In this document: positions 1-8,488 of the stretch, piece by piece | Position numbering within the stretch: position 1 is the stretch's first letter | Layout of the letters: each line of letters begins with the position of its first letter | Assembly (NCBI GenBank): GCA_015522685.1 | Contig: WALU01000028.1 | Location: 1-20,539, forward strand | DNA: 20,539 nucleotides | Direction of reading: 5' to 3' | DNA from: Thermoproteota archaeon | GTDB lineage: Archaea; Korarchaeota; Korarchaeia; Korarchaeales; Korarchaeaceae | Made by a program: the position numbers and the translations under genes | Notes under the pieces: generated by a model | Seen by the model: the letters and a program-made list of their open reading frames with translations, nothing else | The model's database searches: none | What the model was told of the DNA's origin: nothing

Positions 1-31
1 ATTTATTAATGTATCGTAATACCCTACCTAC

Positions 32-275
32 ATGATCAAGAATTAATGATCTTAGATGATATTTATTAGACCTTAAAGAAGATAAAACTTCCAAGGAAGA
101 GCTTAGGTGACGCAATAAGGAGATTCCCTGGGAAAAGGCCTCGCATCTCTGACCTTGCTAGTAAAAGAACAATCACTAAAAAGGAATAGAATGAATTATT
201 AGATCATTCTCCTCGCAGGTGAATTTAGGTGAGACTAGAAGAACCTTACTCCTAGAGCTAGTGGACGAATATTAA
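32..275 (+). pseudogene. Degraded VapB/DUF217-type antitoxin remnant
   Basis: Manual translation: ATG32 MIK, frameshift, then LMILDDIY*TLKKIKLPRKSLGDAIRRFPGKRPRISDLASKRTITKKE*NELLDH (stops at 67-69 and 187-189). Resembles the archaeal DUF217 pattern 'TITISDDVYExLKKxKxxGESFSDVIRRL'. A possible tail in another frame ends at TAA 273-275. Confidence 0.6.
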
Positions 276-341
276 GATACCTCTGCTGCATTACCTTAGA
301 CCCCTCACGCATGAAACTTTATATCATGCTTAGTTACTGAA

Positions 342-636
342 ATGTATGAACTTTGGCTTGTTAGCAGAATTTTCAACTTAAATTAGCTATCAGATGGCCA
401 ATGTGACCTCTGGGGCGCTCTCTTAGAAGGCTGCTAGTATAATCAACTTGAGGGCTCACACCTTTGAGATAGAGCTTGACATCCTGACAGAGATTCTCCT
501 CAACAGGGTTCCTCTCAAGTTCGTTAAGGTGAAGAAGGTTGCCAAGGAGGTTAGCAGTATAATAGAGAATGTTCCCAGATATGACGAGACATATAAAAGA
601 AAGCCGCCCTATACTCCAACAGGCAATTTATCATAA
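342..636 (+). pseudogene. C-terminal fragment of a family 2 glycosyltransferase (DPM1-like), degraded
   Basis: Joined frames read YELWLVSRIFNL/ISYQMANVTSGALS*KAASIINLRAHTFEIELDILTEILLNRVPLKFVKV. This resembles the GT2 'DxxSGFRAxxRxAL...FEIExE' region. The 448..636 ORF is its tail; there is no N-terminal DxD region. Confidence 0.45.
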
Positions 637-728
637 AGTAAGATATAATAGCATTCATAATGAATTTAAATTTTGATTGTAGTTTATATTTCTTTCAAAG
701 TGAAAGATGTGAATTTTTATCTCTAAAA

Positions 729-1019
729 TTATTTACCTAATAGCTCCCTAATTTCTTTTCTCCCTTCTTCCATCTCTCTGGCTTGCTGCGGATCGAGTCT
801 CGTTAGTAGTTCTAGGAATTCACCTACATGCGTCTTTTCCTCCTTAGCTATATCAAAGAACACCTTCCTAACGGATTCGGATATGCTAGCCTCAGCAAAC
901 TGTGTATAGAGATTTATTGCATCTAATTCAGCTATTATCGCGTACCTAAGCGCCTGTACCATCTCTTCTTCGCTCATATTCCTTCCTTTAGATAGGGCAA
1001 GAGGATTCTCTGATAGCAC
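729..1019 (-). CDS. Short ferritin-like protein (encapsulin-associated Flp/EncFtn-like, rubrerythrin superfamily)
   Basis: 96 aa with AIIAELDAINLY and DIAKEEKTHVGEFLELL (ExxH) di-iron motifs. GTG start preceded by SD-like AGGTGG. Confidence 0.85.
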   Translation of the reverse strand: MLSENPLALSKGRNMSEEEMVQALRYAIIAELDAINLYTQFAEASISESVRKVFFDIAKEEKTHVGEFLELLTRLDPQQAREMEEGRKEIRELLGK

Positions 1020-1097
1020 ACAACCACCTGTGTTAAGAAATTCAGATTAAAATTAAAGTTATGGTATAATAAAGCAAGATTAAAGACAAGAGAAGAA

Positions 1098-1619
1098 TCA
1101 GAATTCTATTCCTTCTCTAGCTGAGATTCCTCTCAGGAATGGATGCTTTACCTCTCTGAACTCCGTGATATAATCTGCCAAGTCGTAGAAGGAGCTAGGG
1201 GCATATCTACCGGTGAGCACGACCTCTGTAGATGGATTCCTGTCCTTCACGGCCTTTATGACCTCCTCCTCTGATAGGAGGTTAAATGAGATGGCTACGT
1301 TAACCTCGTCAAGTACCACTAATCTATATCTCCCCGAGGACATCCCTTCCTTAGCAGCGCTTAATCCCATCCTAGCCATCTCAAAATCCCCAGATGTTGG
1401 TTTCTTTGGATTAACAAACTTTTCAGAGCCGAATCTCATGATTTCTATTTCCGGTATCTTCCTGACGGCCATTACCTCACCTGTGGGGGTACCCTTCAGA
1501 AACTGCACTATGAGGACTCTTCCCCCGTGCCCTGCCATCCTTAGGGCAAGGCCAAATGCTGCAGAGGTTTTTCCTTTTCCATTTCCCGTGTAAAGGTGAA
1601 CTAATCCTTTCATTTTCAT
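1098..1619 (-). CDS. cobO: ATP:cob(I)alamin adenosyltransferase, CobA/CobO/BtuR type
   Basis: HLYTGNGKGKTSAAFG short P-loop, QFLKG, LVVLDE, VLTGR and KHPF..G motifs. Probable ATG at 1619 overlaps the nrdJ stop (TAATG). Confidence 0.93.
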   Translation of the reverse strand: MKMKGLVHLYTGNGKGKTSAAFGLALRMAGHGGRVLIVQFLKGTPTGEVMAVRKIPEIEIMRFGSEKFVNPKKPTSGDFEMARMGLSAAKEGMSSGRYRLVVLDEVNVAISFNLLSEEEVIKAVKDRNPSTEVVLTGRYAPSSFYDLADYITEFREVKHPFLRGISAREGIEF

Positions 1620-4600
1620 TAGGACACCACACATGCAGACCAGCCGCAGTCAAGGCATGTAACGCAATTCTCTTTGTACACTAGTCTGGTGCTTCCACAT
1701 TCAGGGCATCTCTCTATGTGGTTCGTTACTTGAGTAGTGGTTGGAGGCTTGAAAACTGGCTGAGCAGGAGCTTTCTTCTCCTCCGACGGCGATGCCTTTT
1801 TCATTTGAGGCCTTTTTATACCCAGCATGTCCATGATCTTCAGAGTTTGATTCTCGGTCTTAACAATGTATTCGCCCTTTCTCTGTGAAGGTGTTATGAG
1901 AACCTGAGCTGCCTTTGATCCATCTCTGTAAACGGTTATGCCCTTCATGCCCAACTTATATGAGAATAGATATGCCTTCTCCACATCTCCGACTGAAACC
2001 CAGTTGGGCATGTTTATTGTTTTACTTACGGCAGCGCAGATCCATTTCGTTATCTCAGCCTGAGCCCTGACGTGATCCCACCAAGGTATATCATAAGCTA
2101 CCAAGAAGGCTTCTTGTAACCTCTTAAATACATCCTCCTTGCCTTTAGGTGCCTTCAATCCCTGCAGGGAACCTCCATTGTCCGATATTTCCTTGAGTAG
2201 TTTCTCATTGTATAGACCGTTCTCCTTCAGCTGCCTCTCGAGCTCCCTATCGACGTAGAAGAATGACCCAACAGTCACTCTCTTCTCATACACCAAGGCG
2301 AATTGAGGTTCTATTCCTGAGGAGACATCAGCAATCATGGATATGGATCCAGTTGGTGCGATGGTCGTTACTTCAGCATTTCTTATTCCATATTTCATTA
2401 TCTCATCCTTCAGCTCATCCCAGTTTAGATGCCACCATTCTGGATGGTAGAATCCTTCTATTGGCATCTCTCCTTTCATATAGCCTGAATTGGAGTAAAT
2501 AGAAGAGACTCCTCTCTCTTTAGCCCTCTCCACACTTTCTTTCATCGCATGATATGTCAAGTACTCTGCGGCCTTCCTCATAAAGTCGAAGCCTTCCTCG
2601 CTATTATAGGGAATACCTAAAGCGAAGAGGACATCAGCTAATCCCATCATTCCCAAACCCACTTTCCTGCTAGCCTTCGTATGCTTCTCTATCTCAAGTA
2701 TTGGGAATTTGTTCACATCTATTACATTGTCAAGGAAGCGGAGAGCCAGTCTCGCATCCTTGGCGAGAGCATCCCAGTCAAAGGCTGCTACTCCATTCTC
2801 CCTCTTTATATAGGCATAAAGGTTAATACTTCCTAGATTGCAGGATTCATAAGGATACAAAGGCTCCTCTCCGCAGTTGTGATTGCTTATTCCATTTCCT
2901 ATGTAGTTGTGGTACTTGGGAACTGCGAAATCATAGAAATCGATCACTCCAGCATCTTCGACGGCTTGTACTGTAGCCCATACTTGATCTCTCTTCGTCT
3001 TCTTTAGAGGGAGCTTCTCCAGCTTTTCTATGCTCTCAAAACCTATTAGGTCCTTGAATATCTTCCTGCTATATCCCTTAACTATCAGTTCATAGTGGCC
3101 AGAGGCTTCGTACACTCTCTCCTCTCCACTAACAGTCGTATAGCGAAACTCCGCCCCATACGGCCTGTCATAGATCACTGAGTAAATTCCAAGAGTGGTT
3201 AGGAGAATCTGCACATCCTTCAGGAGATCGATGCTTGAGCTGGTGAGCCTGATCGCCTTATCATTGTCCACGTATCCATCTGCTGTGAAGAGTCCTCTCA
3301 GAAATGCTACCAATGAGCGAGGACTTAGCCTCCAAGCCAAGTCGGGCAGCCTCCTTTCCCTATTCCTCTCCATTAAGGAGCCCATAAATTCCATCACATT
3401 CCTGTAAACGGTTGTACTCCTGTTGTACTGGATTTTGTGCTCGCTCTCACTGAGAACATATGTATGAGATAGTGGATTCCCTCCAAGCTTCTCAACTCCC
3501 CTTCTCATCCTTTCCTCCGCTGCTTTATCCTCGTTACTGAAGAACCAAGCCACATAGTGCTTATTAAACATCCCATTACCTATTAGCCATCCTAGAGCGA
3601 AAGCAACGTCCTCATCCAAGTCCAAGCTTCCCTCGTAGGCCTCGCTCAAGAACCAAGGGTGAAGCCTAGCTATGTAGATCTTGTCGCCTTCTCTCAGATC
3701 CTTAGCTTCCTTCCATCCATTGGGGGTGAGGAGCTTGTGCTCGTAGGTTACTTTTAGCTCATACCCTTCCTTAGTGATGATCCTAAGACCTGGTTTCCTT
3801 CCGATGTGCCACACCCAAGCCTTAATCCTCTTAGGTACAGATAACCTGAGTTCGTCCCCATGTATAGTTCTGTAGATCACCTCGTCTCCTTCTACGATCA
3901 CTAAATCAGTTTCATAGGCTTGAGGCTCACCTCCTTCGCCAAGAGAGTCCTCATCCACAGTCACAGCCTTCACTGGTCCAGAGAGTTTAGCTCTGTGGTA
4001 TATCTCCTCAGCGTGCATCCAACCATTTGGGGTCATTATCATAGTGTCCCCAGAGATGCATGGATTGGTTGACTTTATTTCGCCTAAATAATCTTTTAGT
4101 ATATTTCTTCTATTAATATTATCCGCAAAGAGCACCCCAGGATCGCCAGTACGCCATGCCAGTTCGGCTATCTTCCTGAAGAATTCCTTAGGGTTCAAAG
4201 TATCCCAAACTTCACCATTCCTGGGATTCACTAGAGGGTAGGGCTCTTCACTATCAAAGTGAGACCAGAAATCTCCAGTTACCATGACCGACAGATTGAA
4301 ATTCTCGAATTGTCCTGGCTTTAATTTAGCTTCCACGAATTTCCATATATCGGGGTGCCATACCTCAAGTATTCCCATATTCGCTCCTCTACGCTTACCT
4401 CCTTGCTTGACCACATCGGTTATCACATCTATGATCCGCATGAAGCTGACTGGGCCAGATGCTTGCCCACCTGTGGAGCTAACCATATCTCCCTGAGGCC
4501 TAAGCTTGGAGTAGTTTATTCCAACGCCTCCTCCCGACTTGAATATTATTGCTGCATCGGTTGCAGCTTTCATTATTGATTCCAAGCTATCTTCTATATC

Positions 4601-5455
4601 TAAGACGAAGCATGCTGAGAGTTGCCCGAGCTTGGCTCCAGCATTGAACAGAGTTGGGGAGTTAGGAATGAACCTTAAATCGACCATCAGCCTGTAATAG
4701 TTGAGGAAATCCTTATAATGATGATCAAACTCTCCACTAAGCAGCATATTCCAAAATTGGGACCAGCTGATCTTCATCTTTCCCTGCTCATTCAGCTCAT
4801 CGTAGAGAGTCTTCATTCTCTCCAGATGATAATGATTCCAAGTAAAGAGAGGAACTAGGTGATCTTCTGGGTGGCCATTCTTCAGACTTATCCTTCCCTC
4901 CCATTCCTTGAGTGAGAAATCCTCTCTAGGATGAACCTGCTGATTACCATTCTTGTCGAATATCTTAGGATCATAGAGGATATCAGGTATAACCACCAAT
5001 GCAGCTACCCTTATGAACATCCCCTTGGGATCCTCTTTTAGCTTTCCTTCTTGGTCTTTCTGTAAGTATCTAGCTGCTAGCAGCCTTATTGCATTCAATG
5101 AGAGTCTCTTATCTACGTCATCTACATAATCTTTACCTAGAAGGGCTATTTTCTCCTTCCTTATCTTCTCCCTCTCCTTCCTGTAGAGTATGTAAACCTT
5201 CGCAACGCCAAACAGATCATATTTCATCAAGGCTAGCTCCACAATATCCTGAATCTCCTCTACATGAGGGGGTTTCTCATCAGTAAATGTTTTATTTATC
5301 ACTCTAAGGACATATTTAACTATCTTATCCAAAGTAGCCTCATCATATTGTCCTACTTCAAGCATAGCCTTTTCTATTGCCCTTCTAATGCGTGAGGCAT
5401 CAAATGAGACAATCCTCCCATCCCTCTTGACTACCTTGCTAATAGACATTCCCAT
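1619..5455 (-). CDS. nrdJ: Adenosylcobalamin-dependent (class II) ribonucleotide reductase with N-terminal ATP cone, intein and C-terminal Cys4 zinc ribbon
   Basis: ATP cone VVKRDGR..FD; PNSPTLFNAG; QLSACFV; GGGVG; QGGKRRGANM; TNP/CGE; ESCNLGSINL; TIAPTGSIS; KTINMP; KGITVYRDGS; C-terminal CPECG...CxxCxxCGWSAC. No R2 gene in the window and an adjacent adenosyltransferase. Start is ATG 5455 or 5449 (TTG 5458 in the ORF track). Confidence 0.95.
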   Translation of the reverse strand: MGMSISKVVKRDGRIVSFDASRIRRAIEKAMLEVGQYDEATLDKIVKYVLRVINKTFTDEKPPHVEEIQDIVELALMKYDLFGVAKVYILYRKEREKIRKEKIALLGKDYVDDVDKRLSLNAIRLLAARYLQKDQEGKLKEDPKGMFIRVAALVVIPDILYDPKIFDKNGNQQVHPREDFSLKEWEGRISLKNGHPEDHLVPLFTWNHYHLERMKTLYDELNEQGKMKISWSQFWNMLLSGEFDHHYKDFLNYYRLMVDLRFIPNSPTLFNAGAKLGQLSACFVLDIEDSLESIMKAATDAAIIFKSGGGVGINYSKLRPQGDMVSSTGGQASGPVSFMRIIDVITDVVKQGGKRRGANMGILEVWHPDIWKFVEAKLKPGQFENFNLSVMVTGDFWSHFDSEEPYPLVNPRNGEVWDTLNPKEFFRKIAELAWRTGDPGVLFADNINRRNILKDYLGEIKSTNPCISGDTMIMTPNGWMHAEEIYHRAKLSGPVKAVTVDEDSLGEGGEPQAYETDLVIVEGDEVIYRTIHGDELRLSVPKRIKAWVWHIGRKPGLRIITKEGYELKVTYEHKLLTPNGWKEAKDLREGDKIYIARLHPWFLSEAYEGSLDLDEDVAFALGWLIGNGMFNKHYVAWFFSNEDKAAEERMRRGVEKLGGNPLSHTYVLSESEHKIQYNRSTTVYRNVMEFMGSLMERNRERRLPDLAWRLSPRSLVAFLRGLFTADGYVDNDKAIRLTSSSIDLLKDVQILLTTLGIYSVIYDRPYGAEFRYTTVSGEERVYEASGHYELIVKGYSRKIFKDLIGFESIEKLEKLPLKKTKRDQVWATVQAVEDAGVIDFYDFAVPKYHNYIGNGISNHNCGEEPLYPYESCNLGSINLYAYIKRENGVAAFDWDALAKDARLALRFLDNVIDVNKFPILEIEKHTKASRKVGLGMMGLADVLFALGIPYNSEEGFDFMRKAAEYLTYHAMKESVERAKERGVSSIYSNSGYMKGEMPIEGFYHPEWWHLNWDELKDEIMKYGIRNAEVTTIAPTGSISMIADVSSGIEPQFALVYEKRVTVGSFFYVDRELERQLKENGLYNEKLLKEISDNGGSLQGLKAPKGKEDVFKRLQEAFLVAYDIPWWDHVRAQAEITKWICAAVSKTINMPNWVSVGDVEKAYLFSYKLGMKGITVYRDGSKAAQVLITPSQRKGEYIVKTENQTLKIMDMLGIKRPQMKKASPSEEKKAPAQPVFKPPTTTQVTNHIERCPECGSTRLVYKENCVTCLDCGWSACVVS
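2876..4060 (-). mobile_element. Intein (395 aa) with DOD/LAGLIDADG homing endonuclease domain, inserted in nrdJ between TNP and CGE
   Basis: Starts CISGDT (block A). Block B is VTYEHKL (TxxH). LAGLIDADG-like motifs ALGWLIGNG and FLRGLFTADG. Block F is YDFAVP and it ends SNHN followed by Cys+1. Length 1185 nt, in frame. Confidence 0.95.
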
Positions 5456-5672
5456 CAATTTAATTAGGAAGAGAGACTCTATAAGTTAGTTAGGGTTTAT
5501 TTCCAGTCTATTATGATTCATCTTTATATATTTTATATGTAATTATGTCAGTAATTGCAAAATAATTTAAGAAAAGGTACAACAAAAAATGGATTAACTA
5601 AGCGTTACATTAGTATTTTAGACGGGGCGCTTAATAAAATAAACGTTCCACGGATGCCTCGATCTCCTTTAG

Positions 5673-6221
5673 TTAGTTCTCATTAATCATAGTTTCCAGC
5701 CTCTTTGGTAGAGTTACACCCTTCTGGCCTTGGTATACGCCTGAATATGGCTTCTCAACCTTTCCTTCCACTCTAAAGAAGACTACATGAAGGAATCTAA
5801 TTCCTCTATAAAGTCTTACTGGAGCTGGCCTTGTCCACATAACCTCTATGGTGAGCTGGCCCTCGAAGCCGCTATCTACTAGGGTAGGTGGAGCTATGAA
5901 TCCCCATCTAGCTATAGAACTCCTCAGTCCGCATAGAGCAGCTACATCTTTGGGTATTTTGACATATTCTTCTGTAACTAGCAGGACACTAGTATTTCCA
6001 GGTATGGTTACGCCCCCATCTGGTATCTCCCTTATAGAAAAGTGCTTAGCTGGATCATCTCTTATTGGGTCTATTACCTCGCCTTGAACCACAGGAAATG
6101 CTATTTCAGGTCCTATCCTCATATCAACCCCATTTTCTCTTATCGAATCATTATACAAGGGTTCTATCCTAAGATCTCCAGAGATTATTAGGGAGCGAAT
6201 AGCGCTGTCTGATAATATCAT
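5673..6221 (-). CDS. dcd: dCTP deaminase
   Basis: MILSD..I start, ENGVDMRIG, LRSSIARWG, VDSGFEGQLTIE and C-terminal YSGVYQGQKGVT; trimeric dUTPase-fold family. Confidence 0.92.
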   Translation of the reverse strand: MILSDSAIRSLIISGDLRIEPLYNDSIRENGVDMRIGPEIAFPVVQGEVIDPIRDDPAKHFSIREIPDGGVTIPGNTSVLLVTEEYVKIPKDVAALCGLRSSIARWGFIAPPTLVDSGFEGQLTIEVMWTRPAPVRLYRGIRFLHVVFFRVEGKVEKPYSGVYQGQKGVTLPKRLETMINEN

Positions 6222-6279
6222 AAGGTGACTTCCATCAACTTACTAAAATATTATTTCTAACTTTGTAAAAAGCAGGGAC

Positions 6280-7317
6280 TTAGATCAATTTTTTGACCTT
6301 CATCAGCTCAGCTAGGAGGATAGCCTGACCAGCAGCTCCTCTGATTGTATTATGACCCACTGCAACGAAGAGAAGAGATCTTGAATCTAAACCTCTCCTT
6401 AACCTGCCCACAGTAACGCTCATGCCTCCTCCAGCATTCCTGTCATACCTAGGTTGAGGTCTGTCTTTCTCTTCTCTTAAGTATATAGGCCTTCTAGGCG
6501 CGGTTGGCAGATTCAGCCTCTGTGGTTCTGAGCTGAATTCTCTAAGAAGTTTCATAGCATCATTCACATCTACTTCCTCCTCAAATTCTGCATGTATAGC
6601 CACTAGGTGGGCATCTAAAACAGGAACTCTTACACATGTAGCTTGGACATCAAAGTCTGACATTTTTATTTCATTCCCCTCGATTATGCCTAATAGTTTC
6701 CTTGTCTCGTTTCGAACCTTCTTCTCCTCTCCTTCTATGTATGGTACCACATTATCCACAATATCATAGGAGGGGACGCCTGGATATCCAGCGCCTGAGA
6801 GAGCTTGATAGCTAGCAATGTTCAGCCTCCTTAGAGTATAAGCATCATGAAGAGGCTTGAGGGGTAGTACCAGCACGGTGGTTGTGCAGTTAGGATCTGC
6901 GGCCATTGGACCTATACTAAGATCCTTTTGCTTATTTATTAGAGCTAGATGATCTGGATTAACTTCAGGAATCACCAGTGGAACCAAGGGATCCATCCTA
7001 AGTGCGCTAGTATTACTCACTAGGGGTATTCCTTGATGCATTAGCTCCCTCTCAAAGCTCCTAGCTTCCCTTGATGGGAGGGCTGAAAAAACCAAGTCAA
7101 CGTTCCTCAGATTCTTTAAGGAGTTTTCCACAACCCTTAGCTCCCTAGCCTCCTTGGGAACCTCACCTTCTAGTATCCATTTAACTGCTTCTCCATACCT
7201 CTTGCCCACACTCGCCTTCCCAGTTATCACAGCTAGCTCAAACCATGGGTGACTGGACAATATCTGGACGAATCGCTGCCCAACCGCTCCAGTTCCACCT
7301 AACAGGGCCACCTCCAT
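6280..7317 (-). CDS. asd: Aspartate-semialdehyde dehydrogenase (archaeal type)
   Basis: GGTGAVGQ nucleotide-binding motif, VPLVIPEVN, catalytic PNCTT, QALSGAGYPG, CVRVPV and HNTIRGAAG. Confidence 0.95.
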   Translation of the reverse strand: MEVALLGGTGAVGQRFVQILSSHPWFELAVITGKASVGKRYGEAVKWILEGEVPKEARELRVVENSLKNLRNVDLVFSALPSREARSFERELMHQGIPLVSNTSALRMDPLVPLVIPEVNPDHLALINKQKDLSIGPMAADPNCTTTVLVLPLKPLHDAYTLRRLNIASYQALSGAGYPGVPSYDIVDNVVPYIEGEEKKVRNETRKLLGIIEGNEIKMSDFDVQATCVRVPVLDAHLVAIHAEFEEEVDVNDAMKLLREFSSEPQRLNLPTAPRRPIYLREEKDRPQPRYDRNAGGGMSVTVGRLRRGLDSRSLLFVAVGHNTIRGAAGQAILLAELMKVKKLI

Positions 7318-7321
7318 TTGC

Positions 7322-8488
7322 TCACCCTAAAGCAATCTTAAGCTCCTCAGCTGCTTTCTCTCTTTGCGGCCAATCAACGAAGATAGCTATTTTATTATGG
7401 ACTGTTTGAAGACCCAATATATTTATGCCTATGGTTGCCAGAGGTTCAGCTATCTTGTGAATTACGCCTGGAGTTTCCTCTATTGCAGCTCCCCATATTC
7501 TTATCATAGCTAAATTCTCCTTAATAGTTACTGCCTTAGCCAATCCCTTCTTGACCATAGAGTGAAGCATCCTTGTGGTCTCGTTAGCATCACCATCTAG
7601 GTACATTATCGTAGCTCTGCCCAAGGTACTTATAGAGAGCACTCCATCTAGTTGGTTTGTATTCACTTTATGGCCATTAGTGAGGATAGTAATCATGCTT
7701 AAGGGTCTCCTATGAACCTCGATATGTAGATCTGGAATATGTCCATGCACAATTGTCCCCCCTCGGGTGAAAGTACCTTCCTCTGCTGATACTATTCTCA
7801 TCTTGATCGTAGGTGTTAAGTAATGAAGAGCCTTATGATGTAGAATCTTAGCTCCTCCTAAGGACATCATAAGGGCTTCCTGGGCATCAAGATCCTCAAG
7901 CTGAATTACATTCTTCACGATCTTAGGATCAGCGCTCATCATGTTTGAATCCTTAACAAGCACCACCTCATCCATATTGAGGCACCTCGCCAAGGTAACA
8001 GCGGTCGTATCGCTTCCACCCCTGCCCAAGGTAGTTAGCCTACCATCAGGGGTTTTTCCTACATAGCCGCAGATTACAGGTACTACTTTCTTCATGAGAG
8101 GTTCTATATTAGATATAACTGCCCCGCAGGTCCTTGGAAGGTCAGGATCAGCATCGCCAAACCTATCATTTGTGAATATGGGCCAGTTTGGGGAGCTAGG
8201 GTCTATAGCTATAGAGGGAACTCCTTCTGAATTTAGGGCTGCGGCCATTAGCCTAGCTGAGAGTACTTCTCCTATCCCAGCTATGGAGTCTAGAAGAGAA
8301 TCCTTCGCCTCAACTAGCTTGGCCATTTCAATGAGCCTGTCTGTATAACTTTTCATGGCTGAGACAACGAGTAGCATTTCATTGCCACTACTGAATTCCT
8401 TCTTAGCTATTTTTGCCATTTTCTTGAAGTCTATTGGATCATTTAAGATTGAACCTCCAAGCTTGACCGCTATCCTCTTTCCCACCAA
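7322..8488 (-). CDS. lysC: Aspartate kinase with C-terminal ACT region
   Basis: VKLGGS, VVSAM, GEVLSAR, TTLGRGGSDTTA, ADPKIV, GAKILH motifs; ACT motif PGVIHKIAEPLATIGINI. Ends 4 nt before the asd start. Confidence 0.92.
   Translation of the reverse strand: MVGKRIAVKLGGSILNDPIDFKKMAKIAKKEFSSGNEMLLVVSAMKSYTDRLIEMAKLVEAKDSLLDSIAGIGEVLSARLMAAALNSEGVPSIAIDPSSPNWPIFTNDRFGDADPDLPRTCGAVISNIEPLMKKVVPVICGYVGKTPDGRLTTLGRGGSDTTAVTLARCLNMDEVVLVKDSNMMSADPKIVKNVIQLEDLDAQEALMMSLGGAKILHHKALHYLTPTIKMRIVSAEEGTFTRGGTIVHGHIPDLHIEVHRRPLSMITILTNGHKVNTNQLDGVLSISTLGRATIMYLDGDANETTRMLHSMVKKGLAKAVTIKENLAMIRIWGAAIEETPGVIHKIAEPLATIGINILGLQTVHNKIAIFVDWPQREKAAEELKIALG

Noticed and set aside
729-1019. Ferritin-like gene as a class I RNR R2 subunit
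   Set aside because: At 96 aa it is far too short for R2, and the neighbouring RNR has class II features and an adjacent adenosyltransferase.
5459-5672. Possible cobalamin riboswitch or NrdR box upstream of nrdJ
   Set aside because: AT-rich with no B12-box-like or NrdR-like palindrome that I can identify; a CTTATA box about 25 nt before the ATG suggests a very short leader.
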